Of a DNA stretch of 64,000 nt, positions 14,214 through 28,092 are shown piece by piece. A program made the position numbers and the translations under genes. This stretch comes from Carcharhinus amblyrhynchos (lineage: Eukaryota). The notes beneath the pieces were generated by a model. That model saw only the letters and a list, made by a program, of their open reading frames with translations, had not been told where the DNA came from and did no database searches. The stretch lies in the NCBI GenBank assembly GCA_965287045.1, contig OZ336874.1:40548001-40612000 (forward strand), written 5' to 3'. Position 1 is the stretch's first letter; each line of letters begins with the position of its first letter.

Positions 14214-15779
14214 AAACTAAACCAACTGCCATTTTGCTCATTTCACTACTCAGCAGCTCTGCGTATGCAAAGTTTGTTTTTCCTTTTGGAAAAATAGAAA
14301 AAAAAATCCCTGTTTATGGTGCTAACCATGCAGAGTACACCATCACAACCACTTCCCAGGACCTCAGATTTCATTACTCCTTACATATCCTAGCTTCTCT
14401 TTTCACAATTAACAGCATTGTATATCCAAAATGGCAAGGAATAAAGGAAGAGCATGATCATGCATTTATAGTGATCATAACTACAAGGAATCAGGAGGAA
14501 CCATTCCTCATCCATGAAGTTGGGAGTGCACTTTCCTTCAGAGCATTTAGTAGTTATGCCACTAGACCGCTAATACAAAAAAATAATTGACAAACCTGGG
14601 AAATTTGATTTGCAGAAAGATCAATTAAATTGTGTTTCATTATACAAGTTATACACATTTAAAATGAAGTTCACAGCTAGTTTTAGGCACCAGACATTAC
14701 GCAGTTTTATTATTGCAGCAAACCTAACCAGCTAAATACCATAACTCAGTTCACACTAATGGAATTTGTGGCTTGTGCCAGAACAATTTTAGTCTGCTTT
14801 ACATTCAAGAAAGTGCAGCTTATGCAGATTGCTTTGGGGGAAAACTGCCCAATCTTTTCACAGTTTAGCACATTAAAATCAATTCATCTACCCATCTCAC
14901 ATTTGCTCAAAAATCAGTACAATTGTTCAAATCAACCACATGATTTGAACATGCTGCACTGCAGAGTTCAAGGCATCTTTGCATACCAAAAACATTCCTG
15001 GCACTCACGTGAAATTAAAATTCAGAAATAGTTTATGGACAAACCAATCCAAATGAAACCAATTTTTATGAATCCCTGCACTGTGCAAGTAGCATTAGGA
15101 GCTGGATATCTAGGTTCAGATACTTGCTTCATGTCCCAGGGCAACAGCTTCTGGTTTCCTTTTACACAACTTCTGGGAAAAATCTAAGCATCAGTCCATT
15201 TGAACAAATAGTGCCCGACAAACTGTCATCTTGTCCCACATTCCCTTTTAGCCAAGGGACAGGTCAGATTCAATAGCCCATTTGTGCTGCACATGATTCA
15301 ATGCATTCTGTACACAAGCTCTCCTCTAGGATCAGACAAGTCCAGTGTTTAAAAGATGGGTCTATCACTCAAATGAGGAAAACCTAAATAAATTCTCTAA
15401 TGAAATATTTAAAATCTTACAGAAAATTAAGAAAAGAGTAATGCAAAGTAAATCCCCAGGAACACATGATCCACTTGAAGCAAAGCACCAGAATCTGGAG
15501 CAGTCACTGTGCTCTCAGACCAGTACGATGTAGGATTTTGATCAAGGTCTATGGCTATTTGAAACTAGGTTAAAAATTAAACATACTAAGGCTGAACGGT
15601 CACCACCTTCTGCATTCTACATCCCTATCAGTATAGATGTGGTCAGGCTTCAATTGGACTAGAAGAATTCATATTAAACAGCATTTCTCTTATGAAAAAG
15701 AGGTCACCTGTACTTGTGTTGTATTCGAGAACAAATAGCAAGTTAGCAAGTGCAATTACAAAACAAGATTCAGAAAACT

Positions 15780-16300
15780 AGTCAACCAAGATCTTAATGT
15801 TTAAAAAGATAGCATGAACCATCAGAATTGGTGACAATAAGTTCACGAGACAGATCAGTGATATAGGGAGAGGTGGGGAAAAAGAATGGTGGTGGAGAAT
15901 GTTAATACTTATGAGTAGTTAACGGAGATAATTCCCTGCATGCACTGTTCCAGACTAGAAAATGCAAAATATGAATCACGCACTGGAAATCTTCCAAACC
16001 ATGAAATAAAGCCAAAGCCATCAGAACAATGAGAGTATGCAATAACCCAAGACATGAGAAAGGTGAATAAGGGCATGTACTGGATTTAGGCTCAAAAAAG
16101 GTACTGAAGGCTCACAATGCAGTTGACAGAGTCAAAACAAAACTTCAAACAAGGACAAACAAAAATTTCAGATGCAATTTAACTGAAGTGTGAAGTGATG
16201 TATTTCAGAGGATGAGTTGAGATGGCTATTAAAAAATAATTCTGACTTGCTAAGATAAATAAAGGCCTACAAAAAAAAAGGACATTATGCTAAACTTCAT
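15780..16300 (+). mobile_element. Old CR1 fragment, left part; continues at 17685-18050
   Basis: Remnants such as gatgcaatttaactgaagtgtgaagtgatgtattt (QFN..KCEVM.F), ending at atgctaaactt (MLNL). Confidence 0.5.
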
Positions 16301-17684
16301 TAGAACATAGAACATCACAGCGCAGTACAGACTCTTCAGCCCTCGACGTTGCGCCAACCAGTGGAACGAATCTAATGACCCTCTAACCTAAACTATTCCA
16401 ATATTATCCATATGTCTAACCAATGACTATTTGAATGCCCTTAAAGTTGACGAGTCCACAACTGCTGCAGGCAGGGCATTCCAAGCCCTTACTACCCTGA
16501 GTAAAGAACCTACCTCTGACATCCGTCCTATAATTATCACCCCTCAATTTAAAGTTATGTCCCCTCGTGTTAGCCATCATCATCCGAGGTGAAAGGCTCC
16601 CACTGTCCACCCCATCTAATCCTTTGATCATCTTGTATGCCTCAATCAGGTCACCTCAACCACCTTCTAACAAAAACAACCTCAAGTCCCTCAGCATTTC
16701 CTCAAGACCTCGCCATCACACCTGGCAACATCCTAGTAAACCTCCTCTGCACCCTTTCCAATGCTTCCACATCTTTCTGGTAATGCGGCGACCAGAGCTG
16801 TACGCGATACTCCAAGTGCGGCCACACCAGAGTTTTGTACAGTTGCAACATGATCTCACGGCTCTGAAATTCAATCCCTCTACCAATGAAAGCTAACACA
16901 CTGTATGCTTTAACAACCTGGGTGCCAACTTTCAGGGATCTATGCACATGTACAGATTTCTCAGCTCGTCGACACTACCAAGAGTCCTTCCATTAGCCCT
17001 ATATTCTGTAATCCTGTTACTCTTTCCAAAGTGAATCATCTCACACTTTTCTGCATTAAACTCCATTTGCCACCTTTCAGCCCAGCTCTGCAGCTTATCT
17101 ATGTCCCTCTGCAAACTAACATCCATCCTCACTGTCTACAACTCCTCCGACTTTAGTGTTGTCCGCAAATTTACTAACCGATCCTTCTACATCTAGGTCA
17201 TTTATAAAAATGACAAACAGCAGTGGCCCCAAAACAGATTCCTGCAGTATACCACTAGTAACTGAACTCCAGGTTGTATATTTCCCATCAACCACCCTGT
17301 CTTTTATCAGCTAGCCAATTCCTGATCCAAACTGCTAAAATCACCCTCAATCTCATGCATCTGTATTTTCTGCAGTAGCCTGCCATGGGGAACCTTATCA
17401 AAATGTTTTGTTAAAATCCATATACACCACGTCAACTGCTTTACCATTATCCACCTCTTTGGTCACCTTCTCAAAGAACTTGATAAGGGTGAGGCACGAC
17501 CTACCCTTCACAAAACCGTGTCGACTATCCCTAATTAATTTATTTCTCTCTAGATGATTATAAATCCTGTCTCTTATAATTCTTCCCAAAACTTTGCCCA
17601 CAACAGAAGTAAGGCTCACCTGTCTATAATTCCCAGGATGGTCTCTACTGCCCTTCTTGAACAAGGGGACAACATTTGCTATCC
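16301..17684 (-). mobile_element. 5'-truncated CR1 LINE (RT pseudogene with 3' UTR and (TGTTCTA)n tail)
   Basis: ORFs 17398-17664 (FKKGSRDHPGNYRQVSLTSVVGK), 16932-17132 (LQRDIDKLQSWAERWQMEFNAEKC), 16702-16947 and 16416-16631 are frameshifted pieces of CR1 ORF2. Confidence 0.95.
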
Positions 17685-18050
17685 TCAGAGTCCAATTCTG
17701 GACTCCCCAGGGATGTTAAAGGCCTTGGAAAGCGTGCATGGATTTACTAGAATGGTGCCAGGGATACGAGAGATATGCAGTATGCATACAGAGACTAGAG
17801 ACTGAGGTTCTGTCCCTTAAATCTCTCTTGATCATCTTGATTCTAAGAGATGCTCAGATTTATGAAGGGTTTAATAGTGAATAGGCAGGTTGGTAATCAG
17901 AAGATAGAATTAATTAGCAAAAGAACAAAGATGTCTCAACTTTCAAAAAAAAAAAGTCAATTCAGGGCTGCAGAAAAAGAGCCAATGAAAGGAATTAACC
18001 AGATAGTGTCTGCCTGCCTCCTGTGCCTATCATTTCACAATTCTAATTTT
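17685..18050 (+). mobile_element. Old CR1 fragment, right part
   Basis: gtccaattctgg...ggccttggaaagcgtgca...tttactagaatggtgccaggg encodes VQFW...ALE.V...FTRMVPG. Confidence 0.6.
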
Positions 18051-18337
18051 TTTTAAACTGTAAACCATTTTATCTTCATATAAAATTAGTTTTGTAAGCG
18101 ATCTTAGTTATAAATTCCTTCAATATTAGCTTGAAGGAAAATTAAAAATAGCAGCACAAGTGAACGAATATTCAAACGGAACAACTTAGAACTGATAGTC
18201 AAATAATGTCAAGAGCTTCACACAAATATGCATCTAAAGTATCTGGGTCAATGTTGTCAACAACTATCTGTACTAGAAATTCTGCAAACGTAGCCATTTA
18301 AAAACTATAACACTGAAGCAAACAGAACATACAACTA

Positions 18338-18607
<270 letters not shown>

Positions 18608-18879
18608 CTATATAAAGATAGATAAGGCAGCATTACCTTTTTGAACTCATTTGAACAACTCATTCAACATAGCCCCAAGACCTTGGTTAAGTTATCTTTC
18701 AGAAATGGAAAACATTTAAAATTTGAAAAAAAAACACTAGAATTTAAGCCTGCTTGTGCTTTGACTTAGTTAACGTATATGAAATGCTAATCACAAAGAT
18801 AAATTTAAAATATTTGTTTTCACTCAACACTGGTCACAAATCCAGCATTTGTATCCAGCTTTTAAAGCCTATAACTATA

Positions 18880-19740
18880 TTCAATCACCACGCACAGGCC
18901 AACTGATATGCTTCAGAAGCGTGTTCAGTAGGGATGAAGAGTACATACAGAATATGGAGTAGTAGTATTGTGTGTTGATATTTGAGGCCTTAGTTTTTCC
19001 CACTGTTGCGAGTTCAATATTCAAGATAACCAAGTTGGGAAGAACAGTAAGTTATGCAGATGAGAGCAGGGAATTACAAAAGGAACATAAGCAAATTAAG
19101 AGAATGGGCTAAAATGTGGTGTGCGTGATCTTATTTCAAAAGGAAGATTAATTTTAACTATAGTGAGAAACAATAAACTGTGGTGCAGCAGAATATGATG
19201 TTCAGTTACACAAAATAAAGGCCAGGTACAAAAGATTAACAAAAAGCTAATGCAGTATTTGCCTTTCATCAAGGGGACTAGAATAAATGGGGAGGTAGTT
19301 TCACTCTTAGAGCCTGGACTAGACCATATTTGAAGAACGTTTAGTTCTCAACATCACAGGGAAATGATTACTGGCCTTGGAGGATGCAAATCCAATAGCA
19401 TAAGTTCAATGATTTTGGGGAATCGGAGTTAAGTTGAGGGCGTGTGGTTTGAGTTTAGAACACTGGAATCAAAGTATTTACATTACTGAAGGATTCAAAG
19501 ATAGACAAACCAATACCTCTGGGGAGAAATCCATAGCAAGGTACATCCCAGGCTATCTACTGCAATGTAGTTATTTAAAAACAAAAATCGCCCTTCAAGT
19601 AGTGCACTTGGTACTGGGACTACGATGATAATCTTAGGTCAATTGAAATTTAAGGCCAAGATCAATAGACTTTGTTAAGGATTGCAGCCAAATTGAGTTC
19701 TGATCAGCTACTTAAAAAGAATCTTATTCCCATGATATTT
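18880..19740 (+). mobile_element. Highly decayed CR1 3' fragment
   Basis: Remnants resembling DDTKLG, EWAK.W and LVRPHLE coding segments. Confidence 0.5.
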
Positions 19741-20297
19741 GAGAAACTGAAATGTTGGATAACAGCTACATGACATTGCCACAGATATGGTATATCTATA
19801 GTTTCCCTGTGAATCAGTCTTATCTTTTAAGAATGTATTTATGACCCAAGTAGCAACAGCCTGTTAATCAATGCAGAATTTCAATATTCTAAAAATTACT
19901 TCAATTTTTAAACCCCAAATGCTGAAAAGTAACAAGTCAATGCACAGCTGGAAGAATGCAAAGATTTGAAATTAAGTTACAACTCCATGAAAGAATGCTG
20001 TGAATCTGTAATATCGCACAATATCACAAATAGCCTTCCATGGATTTTATTTTAATTTTTTTTTTGCAACTTGAACTTGATATTTTTAGGATCTACCAAC
20101 TCTATTTTGAATAGCCATAATCTTCAACATTCTGTAACCAGTACTGACAAGAATTAGTAGTTTTACAAAATCAGTTAAGCTTCAAATTCGTAGTTCATTA
20201 AAATAAGTTAGCTTGACATCACTCATGCTTCAACTATACTGCAGGATTGCTGGAACTATGCATGAATAGTCGTGCACATTCACAGCTACTAGACCAA

Positions 20298-20310
20298 TGC
20301 CATCTGGTGG
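20298..20310 (-). promoter_or_regulatory. CTCF-like motif, also containing a CAGATG E-box
   Basis: CCACCAGATGGCA matches the CTCF core CCASYAGRKGGCR. Confidence 0.6.
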
Positions 20311-20340
20311 TGAAACATTGCTGTGTTGTTTTACTGTAGC

Positions 20341-20381
20341 CTATAAATAGTATTTTGATGACAAACCCCAGCTATAAATAG
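20341..20381. promoter_or_regulatory. Two MEF2 consensus sites
   Basis: CTATAAATAG at 20341-20350 and 20372-20381 (consensus YTAW4TAR). Confidence 0.5.
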
Positions 20382-22514
20382 GGGTTAATAAAACATCTCA
20401 AACCAGGTAAAACTAGGACTTGATCAAATACATCACTTGCAGCATCCATTTTAAAAATCAAAAAAGGTTAGTCCCACAGACATCAAGCTAAATTAGAAAT
20501 GTAGCATTTGCTGCTGGTAATTTGCATTCTGAACTAGCTCAAAAAATTAACTGGTTATTATTAAAAATAAATACATCAAGTATTAGAAAATGTCTAATAC
20601 GTCAACATGTTTGCATACATAAGAATTCATTTTGGCATCATTTAGATGAAATCTTCATCCACCTTATTTACTGCATGACAGAATGCTAATAGTTCTTCAC
20701 TGACTAGTGTACAACATTCTCTTACTTGGTCTGGTAAAATCTTTTTCCCCCCCCCCCCTTTCACACCTCCGCCCACCTTCCCAAAGCCTAAAAAAGTTTT
20801 AAAAATTTAGTTTCGTTTGAACAGCAATCCTTAAATATACCGTCCTATCACAAGACAAAATGCAGCTTGAAAGCTACTGAATAATTCACATTTAGTACAG
20901 ATAAGGGAATTTGGTCAAATCTCTCCACAGAGTTTGTTTACGATTCAAAAGGTGTGTTCACCCAGGTGAAAGCTTCGCATCAACTCCTTCTTCAATATTT
21001 TAAGATACAGGGATAAGACCCGTCATCAGTACTTGCAGAAGATGAGTTCTGCACACAATGACAGCAAGCATTTGCAATCGTGCAATTGCAAAAACAGAAT
21101 TATTTGCCTTCTCTGATGAATGCTACAGCAGAAAAATGTCTTTAAAAAAATTCACTTATCATTCATAAACAAAAAATTGTGCATTTCAATATAGGTACAC
21201 ACCATACTGTCCTCCACCCCTCCATTTTATTCAACCCACTGAGAATAAATGAGGTGTATTGCACTGGAATTTGGAACACAATAGGGGAATACAAAAGGTT
21301 ACCAAGAAAAAAAATGCATCAGTACCTGAACAAAACTATTAGCAACTTTAAGACGTTCTATTAAGACCCTTCGAAACCAAAGCAAAAGAATGGATATTTG
21401 GCAGTGACAGTGTGTTGAGCTCAGAATGAAGCTAATGTCCCCAAGCAGTTTAGGCCTGATTAATTTAGAAATGGTCAAGGTACAAGGCTGAGATTAGGGG
21501 AAAGCAGCAGAGTAAGATTTTCAATTGTGTAATAAAGTTAAGAATTTCAATTCAAAGTACATCAGTTTATTCAATTTAGGCATTACACAAATGCTAAGTT
21601 CAATACAGTATGCCAGACACAGTAGATGCATATGTTGTGTTTTAAATGATCAAATTCTGTTGAACTAGTATTCCCATATTGTACAGAACAGAAAATCTGT
21701 ATAAACTCACTTCCAGCTTGAAGCTTGTTATCCAAGGAAAGTGGAAAAACAAAACGCCACTAGCTATATTCAGAAACTTTGCTCTCTTAGAATTACAAGA
21801 ACATAAAAACCAAGGCGGCTGTAAAAACGAATGCAGAGCACTTGCAAGAACGGGGTAACAACCTAGACATTTACTGTAATGATTAAGCACAAAGACATTT
21901 GTAATGACAGGTTATAAATCTATTTTGGTTTGTAGGTGGCAGAAATAGCATTAGGCCAGAATTCCAGTGAACGGCTGCATTAACCTATGCACTCTACAGC
22001 AGAAATAGCTTTCTATCCAACAGGCCACTTTCTCCAATTTTTTAAAATGATCACTACATTTCACTTAAGGAAATTTACATTTGAATCGCCACATACCCTG
22101 ATTCAGTGTTGTAAATATGGGGGTGTGGTAAATGATTTTAAACGCAAGATAAAAATTTCACTCAAATGCTATTTGCAACTCAATCTAAAAGGTTAACAGC
22201 AGTTAAACATGTGCACCACTACTACAGCAGACATAATACAACAAATCCACTTTCAGCAAACCACTGTTATTATACAAGCTCTAATCAGACCATACCAAAA
22301 ATAGTTGCATTGGCTTCACTTTACATAGAGCTTTTTTAAAATAGATAAAGTCTCATACTGTTCCAAAAGAACCATAAATGTTTCTGAACCAATTACATTT
22401 TTGCAAGACTACAGTACCTATGACAACAAGATGCATAGTAGGTTTTTGGTATGGCCTCAATAAAAGAAAATATATCTTAAGTCACTACTGAATTTAAAGA
22501 AAAGTCCCACAGAC

Positions 22515-22586
22515 CCCAGTCCAAGGCTCTGCAGCCCACGAACCACTTCTAAGCAGAGTAGCCACATCACACAGTCTGACTGCCAT
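22515..22586 (-). CDS. ELAVL2: ELAVL2 alternative N-terminal coding segment MAVRLCDVATLLRSGSWAAEPWTG (whole exon 22515-22605)
   Basis: Hand translation closely matches the long ELAVL2 isoform N-terminus as I recall it ([33 protein letters not shown]). Phase-0 donor GGG|GTCTGT joins in frame to CAG GTA ATT GCT GCC ATG. Acceptor ctcttttgtgtccatattgcAG at 22606 and branch point CTAAC at 22640-22636. Confidence 0.92.
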
Positions 22587-25500
22587 GTTAGTTTGGAGTT
22601 GCCGTCTGCAATATGGACACAAAAGAGTACCGTATGTTAGATTAACAAGATAATGCAACAAATCAGTTTACAATGCCTTATGTATATTCAAAGCATGTCC
22701 ATGCAGTTTGGGCTCAAGACAATTTGAGGCAATTCCAATCTAATCTCATTCTAAAATAATTACATACAGATGAGAATTCCCCATGCACAAGTTAGTATAA
22801 TGAATCAGCTATTGATGTAGGGATATTGACAAAATTGCAGCCAGGCTCTGCAATTTTTAAATCAATACATTAAGAAAACTACATACAAAATTGTAAAGCA
22901 CAATACTGTATTTCCACTAGGACAAATCAACTTGGGGTGATGAACAAGTGGGTTTCAGCAATCTAGATATTTACATATGCTCCTATAATTTTAGTTTTAA
23001 GCTTGGCCTAGCAAAATGGATTTTTTTGCATTTATCATACAAGACCATTTGAACATCTAAAAATTTCACATACACTAGGTTCAATTCAGAACCTCGGTCA
23101 GTGAATTTCCAGAAAGGGGGCGCCTGACTACGGCAGCAAGTTTTGCCCTTTAAGAAGGACCAACTCAGGCACTACTGGGAAGATGAATTAAGCTCAGGGG
23201 TAACAAACTAATTAATAAATGAACTGGTTTGTAATACTGCAACTGATGCTTTTACATTAAACACTAACCAATTACTATATTGCCTTTTCAGGAAGTTCCA
23301 ACTTGGGTCTGATAGTTTAAAATGAAGTTCAGATTACACCTTGACCTTGCTTCAAAGTTCACAACGAATGGATTCAGGTACTCATAGTACTAACTTTCTA
23401 AACATTGGAATTCTCGACTTATAATTAAGTCCCATCAACGCAAGAACACAGCACTAGTTCAAAACAACCCACTAACTTCTCAAAGGATACAAAATAAATA
23501 CAACTGTGCCAGCTATTCCCATATTTGAACAAGTCACATTGAAGAAAGCTAAAAGGACCATTATGCCAGAGAACTTTAATGTTAATATTCCTCACTGTAT
23601 GAAGACAAAGTTGGGTTGGTCAAACAAATTACTGTATTTCACAACACCTTTTTGCAATGAGAAATGTATTCAATAATTTAGCATATTGTTCACCTGCCAA
23701 TGAGTTTGAGTAACAGAAAGAATGTCACTGGGCAGAGCTGCAATTGAAGAACTTCAGACTCAGATCAGACTCAAGCTAGAGATCTGGCAATAGGCAACCT
23801 AAAAATGCTCAACAGGACTGCAGTTCACAGAACTATCACAATCTGCCAGTCAGGACACTAACATAAATCCAGTATTACAAGGGAAGAGAAGCTGAAGAAA
23901 GTGGTACTAATATGGCAAAAGCTTATTTTGAGCTGAAAAAAAGAGTCGACTTTCAGAAATCAGTTACGTGCTGCATGCAGATTCCCAAAGTTAATACTAA
24001 GTCCAGCAAAACATTAATGTAGCATTACCACTAACTCAAGCAGAATAGAATGCACCTTTTTCTCCCCAGAAAGCCTAGTCTGAGTGGATTGCTATACAAC
24101 TTTAAATACACAAAGAATGGAGAAATGATTTCCAGTCATTTTTGATTCTATTTTATCCCAGGATTTACTCATGAAACCCACCTACTTCATGTGCACTTTC
24201 ACATTAATATTCCAATCAAATTCAGAAGACAAGACAAACCAAAGTCAAAAGAACATTTCCCAGAACATTTAGGCTACTGCATAGATTAAAAGCTTTGCTT
24301 GTGGTGGCAGTGAATTATTACATTTCATGATGCAAACTCAAATAAAACCAAGGTTGACTGTTGAAAAGATAAGTAATTCTAAATTTAGCTCACATTAGGC
24401 AAGAGTGACAAGATTGTCAGAGGACAGCTGAGTTACAGAAGAAGTGGGTTAGTACAGTCATGGTCTGAAAACTGGGTACTTTTTGGCAGGCAGTGGTGGG
24501 AGGGAGTGAGTGAGCATTAGTCACTGACTCTTGTTTCAATATCTGCAATGTCCTCACACCACTGACTGAAGCAGGAAAATTTATTCAAAGTCCATCTTAT
24601 CAAGATGCAAAACCATCAACCAGATTCCAGACCAAAAACTCAGGAGATCAATTACAAAGAAAAACTTTGCAAGTCTTAGGAGGCAATTTCAGGTGTTCTG
24701 TTAGAAGGTAAACAGAAAAACAAACATTGGATAAATCCCAATATTGATAACATTCATGATATACATGTTCTTCATCTATACAAACTATTTTTCAATTCTT
24801 GTGAGAACAGAGGCTGAAGAGGGGGTTTAAAAAGTGACAAAGAGTCACAAGATACAATCTCTATTGACAGTGCATTTACAAAATTCTGGCAGGAAAAAAA
24901 AATGCAGAATACTGCAGGTGAGGGATCCAAATTAGCAAGCAGGTATAGCAAGTACAGAGGTCCAAGTTTAACTTTCCCAAAGTTTCAAGATGCCCATAAT
25001 TCTACTACACTTAAATAAAACATCCACACCAAAAAAGTTAAATTCCAATCCCCTTTTTCTGACAATTTTAAGCAGGTGAAATTGCAGAGGTGAAAACAAG
25101 AGCCAGAATAATTTTGAATCTTCAAAATGATTCCACTCATTTCAAGATCAATATCTGCTCAGACTCTAAGAGCAAGGATAATACAAGATATTTTGTGAAA
25201 ACTTCAATTTAAAATTTCTATCCATGTCCACTTCCTGCAGCATTCCAAAATTACCATTAAACAAAAATACAGCCTTGCTATAAACTGAAACTTGCTTTGC
25301 TTCTCTATCACATCTCATCTAGCCAAGACATAGCAAAGAGCTACAGTTCCATAGCCTAACATGACTATTAAGGTTTTATGACAATTGATTTCGAAAACCA
25401 GTCAGAGCTGCACCTACACTTACGAGAAACCCCTAAATGAGTTGGTCAAGCTGGAAATAAGAACAGGGAGGTGGTGAGGACAGAAGTACTAAGGTCCTCA

Positions 25501-27624
25501 ATGAAAGCTCCTGGATGTGAAAATTCATCCATAATATTCAAACATCAGGAGAAATTTGGCCATTGACGTAAAACGTGGATACAGGTAAAAAGTGGGTGCT
25601 TTAGCTGACCAAACAAAACTTTTCTGACACACCAATAACAGATGAAAATTCTGATTCTAAAAGTCACAAAAGTAAATTTATTACAAAAATTGCAAAGTTT
25701 GAGAAGTGGGATGGAGAAAGAAAGCCATCTTAAAAACATTTTTTCCCCTATATAAATTTAATTAAGATCTCCCAAACAGGCATGCAGTAACTTCAATATT
25801 AACAACAGTCACAAGCAAAAATGATTATGCAATTCACTCAGTGACAAAGCAGGTTATGTCCTCTAAAGTGATGTCATGGTGAAAGGAGATACACAAACTT
25901 GGCTTAACACCTCACTTGAATGCAACACTTCTTTAGATGTTGAATTGAACATCATCTGAACTTGGCAAGCTTGTTCCAAATATCCATCCCGACAAGTGCC
26001 AGCAAATGCATTGTAGTTGAAAATTCTAGTGGTGCAGACAACAAATCAGTGGAGATTAATCTTTCAAAATTAAAACTGAAGTGAAAGTTCCAGCAGGAAA
26101 GACATCTCCATTAATCTGTGTAGGGTTACTCATTTTCCATTTGTTCCATTAGTCACTAACTTTGGTTGAGGGATTACTTAAGAATGTTACGTTTGTCTGC
26201 AGGATTTAATCTTTTTAAGAACTATACAATTCTAAAAAAGGTACAACTCTGTGGCATTGGTTTGGCTGCTAGCTAATCCTGGAACTAAGTAGCTTGGTAA
26301 ATGTTGCTGTTATTCCCTTTCAACCCAACTCCCCAATAAAACTGGAATTTTAAAAAAGCTGCATTTTCATTTTCTCACTGCTCATGCAACATGTACTCCC
26401 TTATCTTCCTGCCTAGAACTGAATGAGAAGTGCATTTATCAAATGGAGCAGGGAAGAGAAAAAGGTCAAAAAAAACTTGCCAATTATAGAACATCTAGAG
26501 CAATGTTGGCCAACAGACACGGCTGCCCAGTTTCATATGGTTAGGGTGACACTATTTTGCACGTCTTAGTAGGAAACACTTACACTAGGTAAGCATATTA
26601 AAACATCTGCTATTCAGCAACAAAAGTACAAAATTAATCCCAACTTGTTTCTGTCTTACCAAGGGATAGTACAGATGCACACGTACTGCACAACTAAGAT
26701 CAAACAGCCAAAACATTAATCTTTTATTCACCAATCAGAAATGCAATTACCCACAACCAGCTAGTACATTCAACTTTATTCTGTGGCACTTGAGCTTGCA
26801 AGCATCTTGCACAGCACTTGGAGTTACAAATATTAGTTAAAAAGGTATATGGGATATGCACATTAGCCAAAGTAAAATTCTTGCCCCCTTTGTGCTTCTG
26901 AGTAAATTTATCTCCCAAATCTAAGTCAAGGCATAATAATAGCAACTGCAAAGATGTGAATCTGGTCATCTCTTGAATCCCAATGCCATGCTCAATTTAT
27001 GCGCTTCAGGCCCCAGTACTTCACCCATACACTTGTTTGCATGGAATGAGAGAACATATTGCAAAATGCACAAGTGTGTTGTGCCCTGCACTTAAGGTAC
27101 TCAAGATCGGTTCTATTTTAGATTCAGGTATAATTGCTTTTACTTCTCAACGCAGCTGGTTCAGTTGCAAACATGTCACCTCCATTGCACCTCCCCCACC
27201 ATTTTCCTGAAAAATCGCATCACATTATACATTTTGAAATGGATGGCTAGTTAAAAACATCGACAAGTATTTCAAATAGTTATTGTGCAAATGCATTCCT
27301 TTTAACTAATCTAAAAAAACTGCAAAGAGAAAGTACTTTGTTGTAGGTGTGGGTGCAACATCCATCCCAACTATCCAAAAGAAGTCCAATGCAGATTTAG
27401 CAGCAACAGCTCAATTGCAGCTTTCTGGTCCAAAAGGCCCTCACCACTTCTCAATTTTAGTGGTACGTTCATGCTTATATTGAAGAGTTTATAGATTTAT
27501 AGTCATTCAGTAAATGGAGCATTTTACATGCACCAAGACAGTGGATACTGCCAAGTAATCTGTTAATTGGGACATATTAGGATAAATTGTCAATACCCCA
27601 GGCCTGACTCGAAGTCATTATGTA

Positions 27625-27692
27625 GAGATGCTGGCATTGGACTGGGTTAAACACAGCAAGAAGTCTCGCCTGGTGTTGAGACTTCTTACGTG
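27625..27692. repeat. Short inverted-repeat relic of a shark interspersed repeat
   Basis: Perfect 10-bp stem AAGAAGTCTC (27658-27667) / GAGACTTCTT (27678-27687). Confidence 0.55.
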
Positions 27693-27817
27693 TAAAAGTC
27701 ACTATACCAGAACATGCAGAATTGAGTAGTGCCACAATGTGAAGAGAACCAGCTTTACCAATAACCCACCCTTAGGCAGTGACCCATTTCAGCCACTATG
27801 CAGGATGTAATAAAATT

Positions 27818-28092
27818 GGCAGAGGCACATTGGTTTGTACCGTTGCCTCATAGCACCAGGGACCCAGTTCAATTATAGCCTCAGGTCAGTGTGGAGTTTG
27901 CACAGTTTTCCTCCCACAGTCCAAAGGTGTGAAGGTTAGGTTGATTGACCGTGCTAAATTGACCCTGGTGTCAGGGGGATTAGCGGGATAAATGAATGAG
28001 GCTACAGGATTAGGGCCTGGGTGGGATTGCGGTTGGTGCAAATGCAATAAGCTGAATGGTCTCCTTCTGCACTGTAGGGGTTCTAGGAATTT
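27818..28092 (+). mobile_element. HE1-like tRNA-SINE
   Basis: tRNA-like head, ttcctcccacagtccaaag core and ctgcactgtaggg tail; homologous to 13875-14213. Confidence 0.8.

Noticed and set aside
16416-17664. Reverse-transcriptase ORFs as a functional or domesticated gene
   Set aside because: 5'-truncated, multiply frameshifted CR1 copy with the typical 3' tail.
21113-21150. Hammerhead-like CTGATGA-A-TGCTACAGCA-GAAA
   Set aside because: Stems I and III cannot be formed convincingly, and it lies antisense to the gene.
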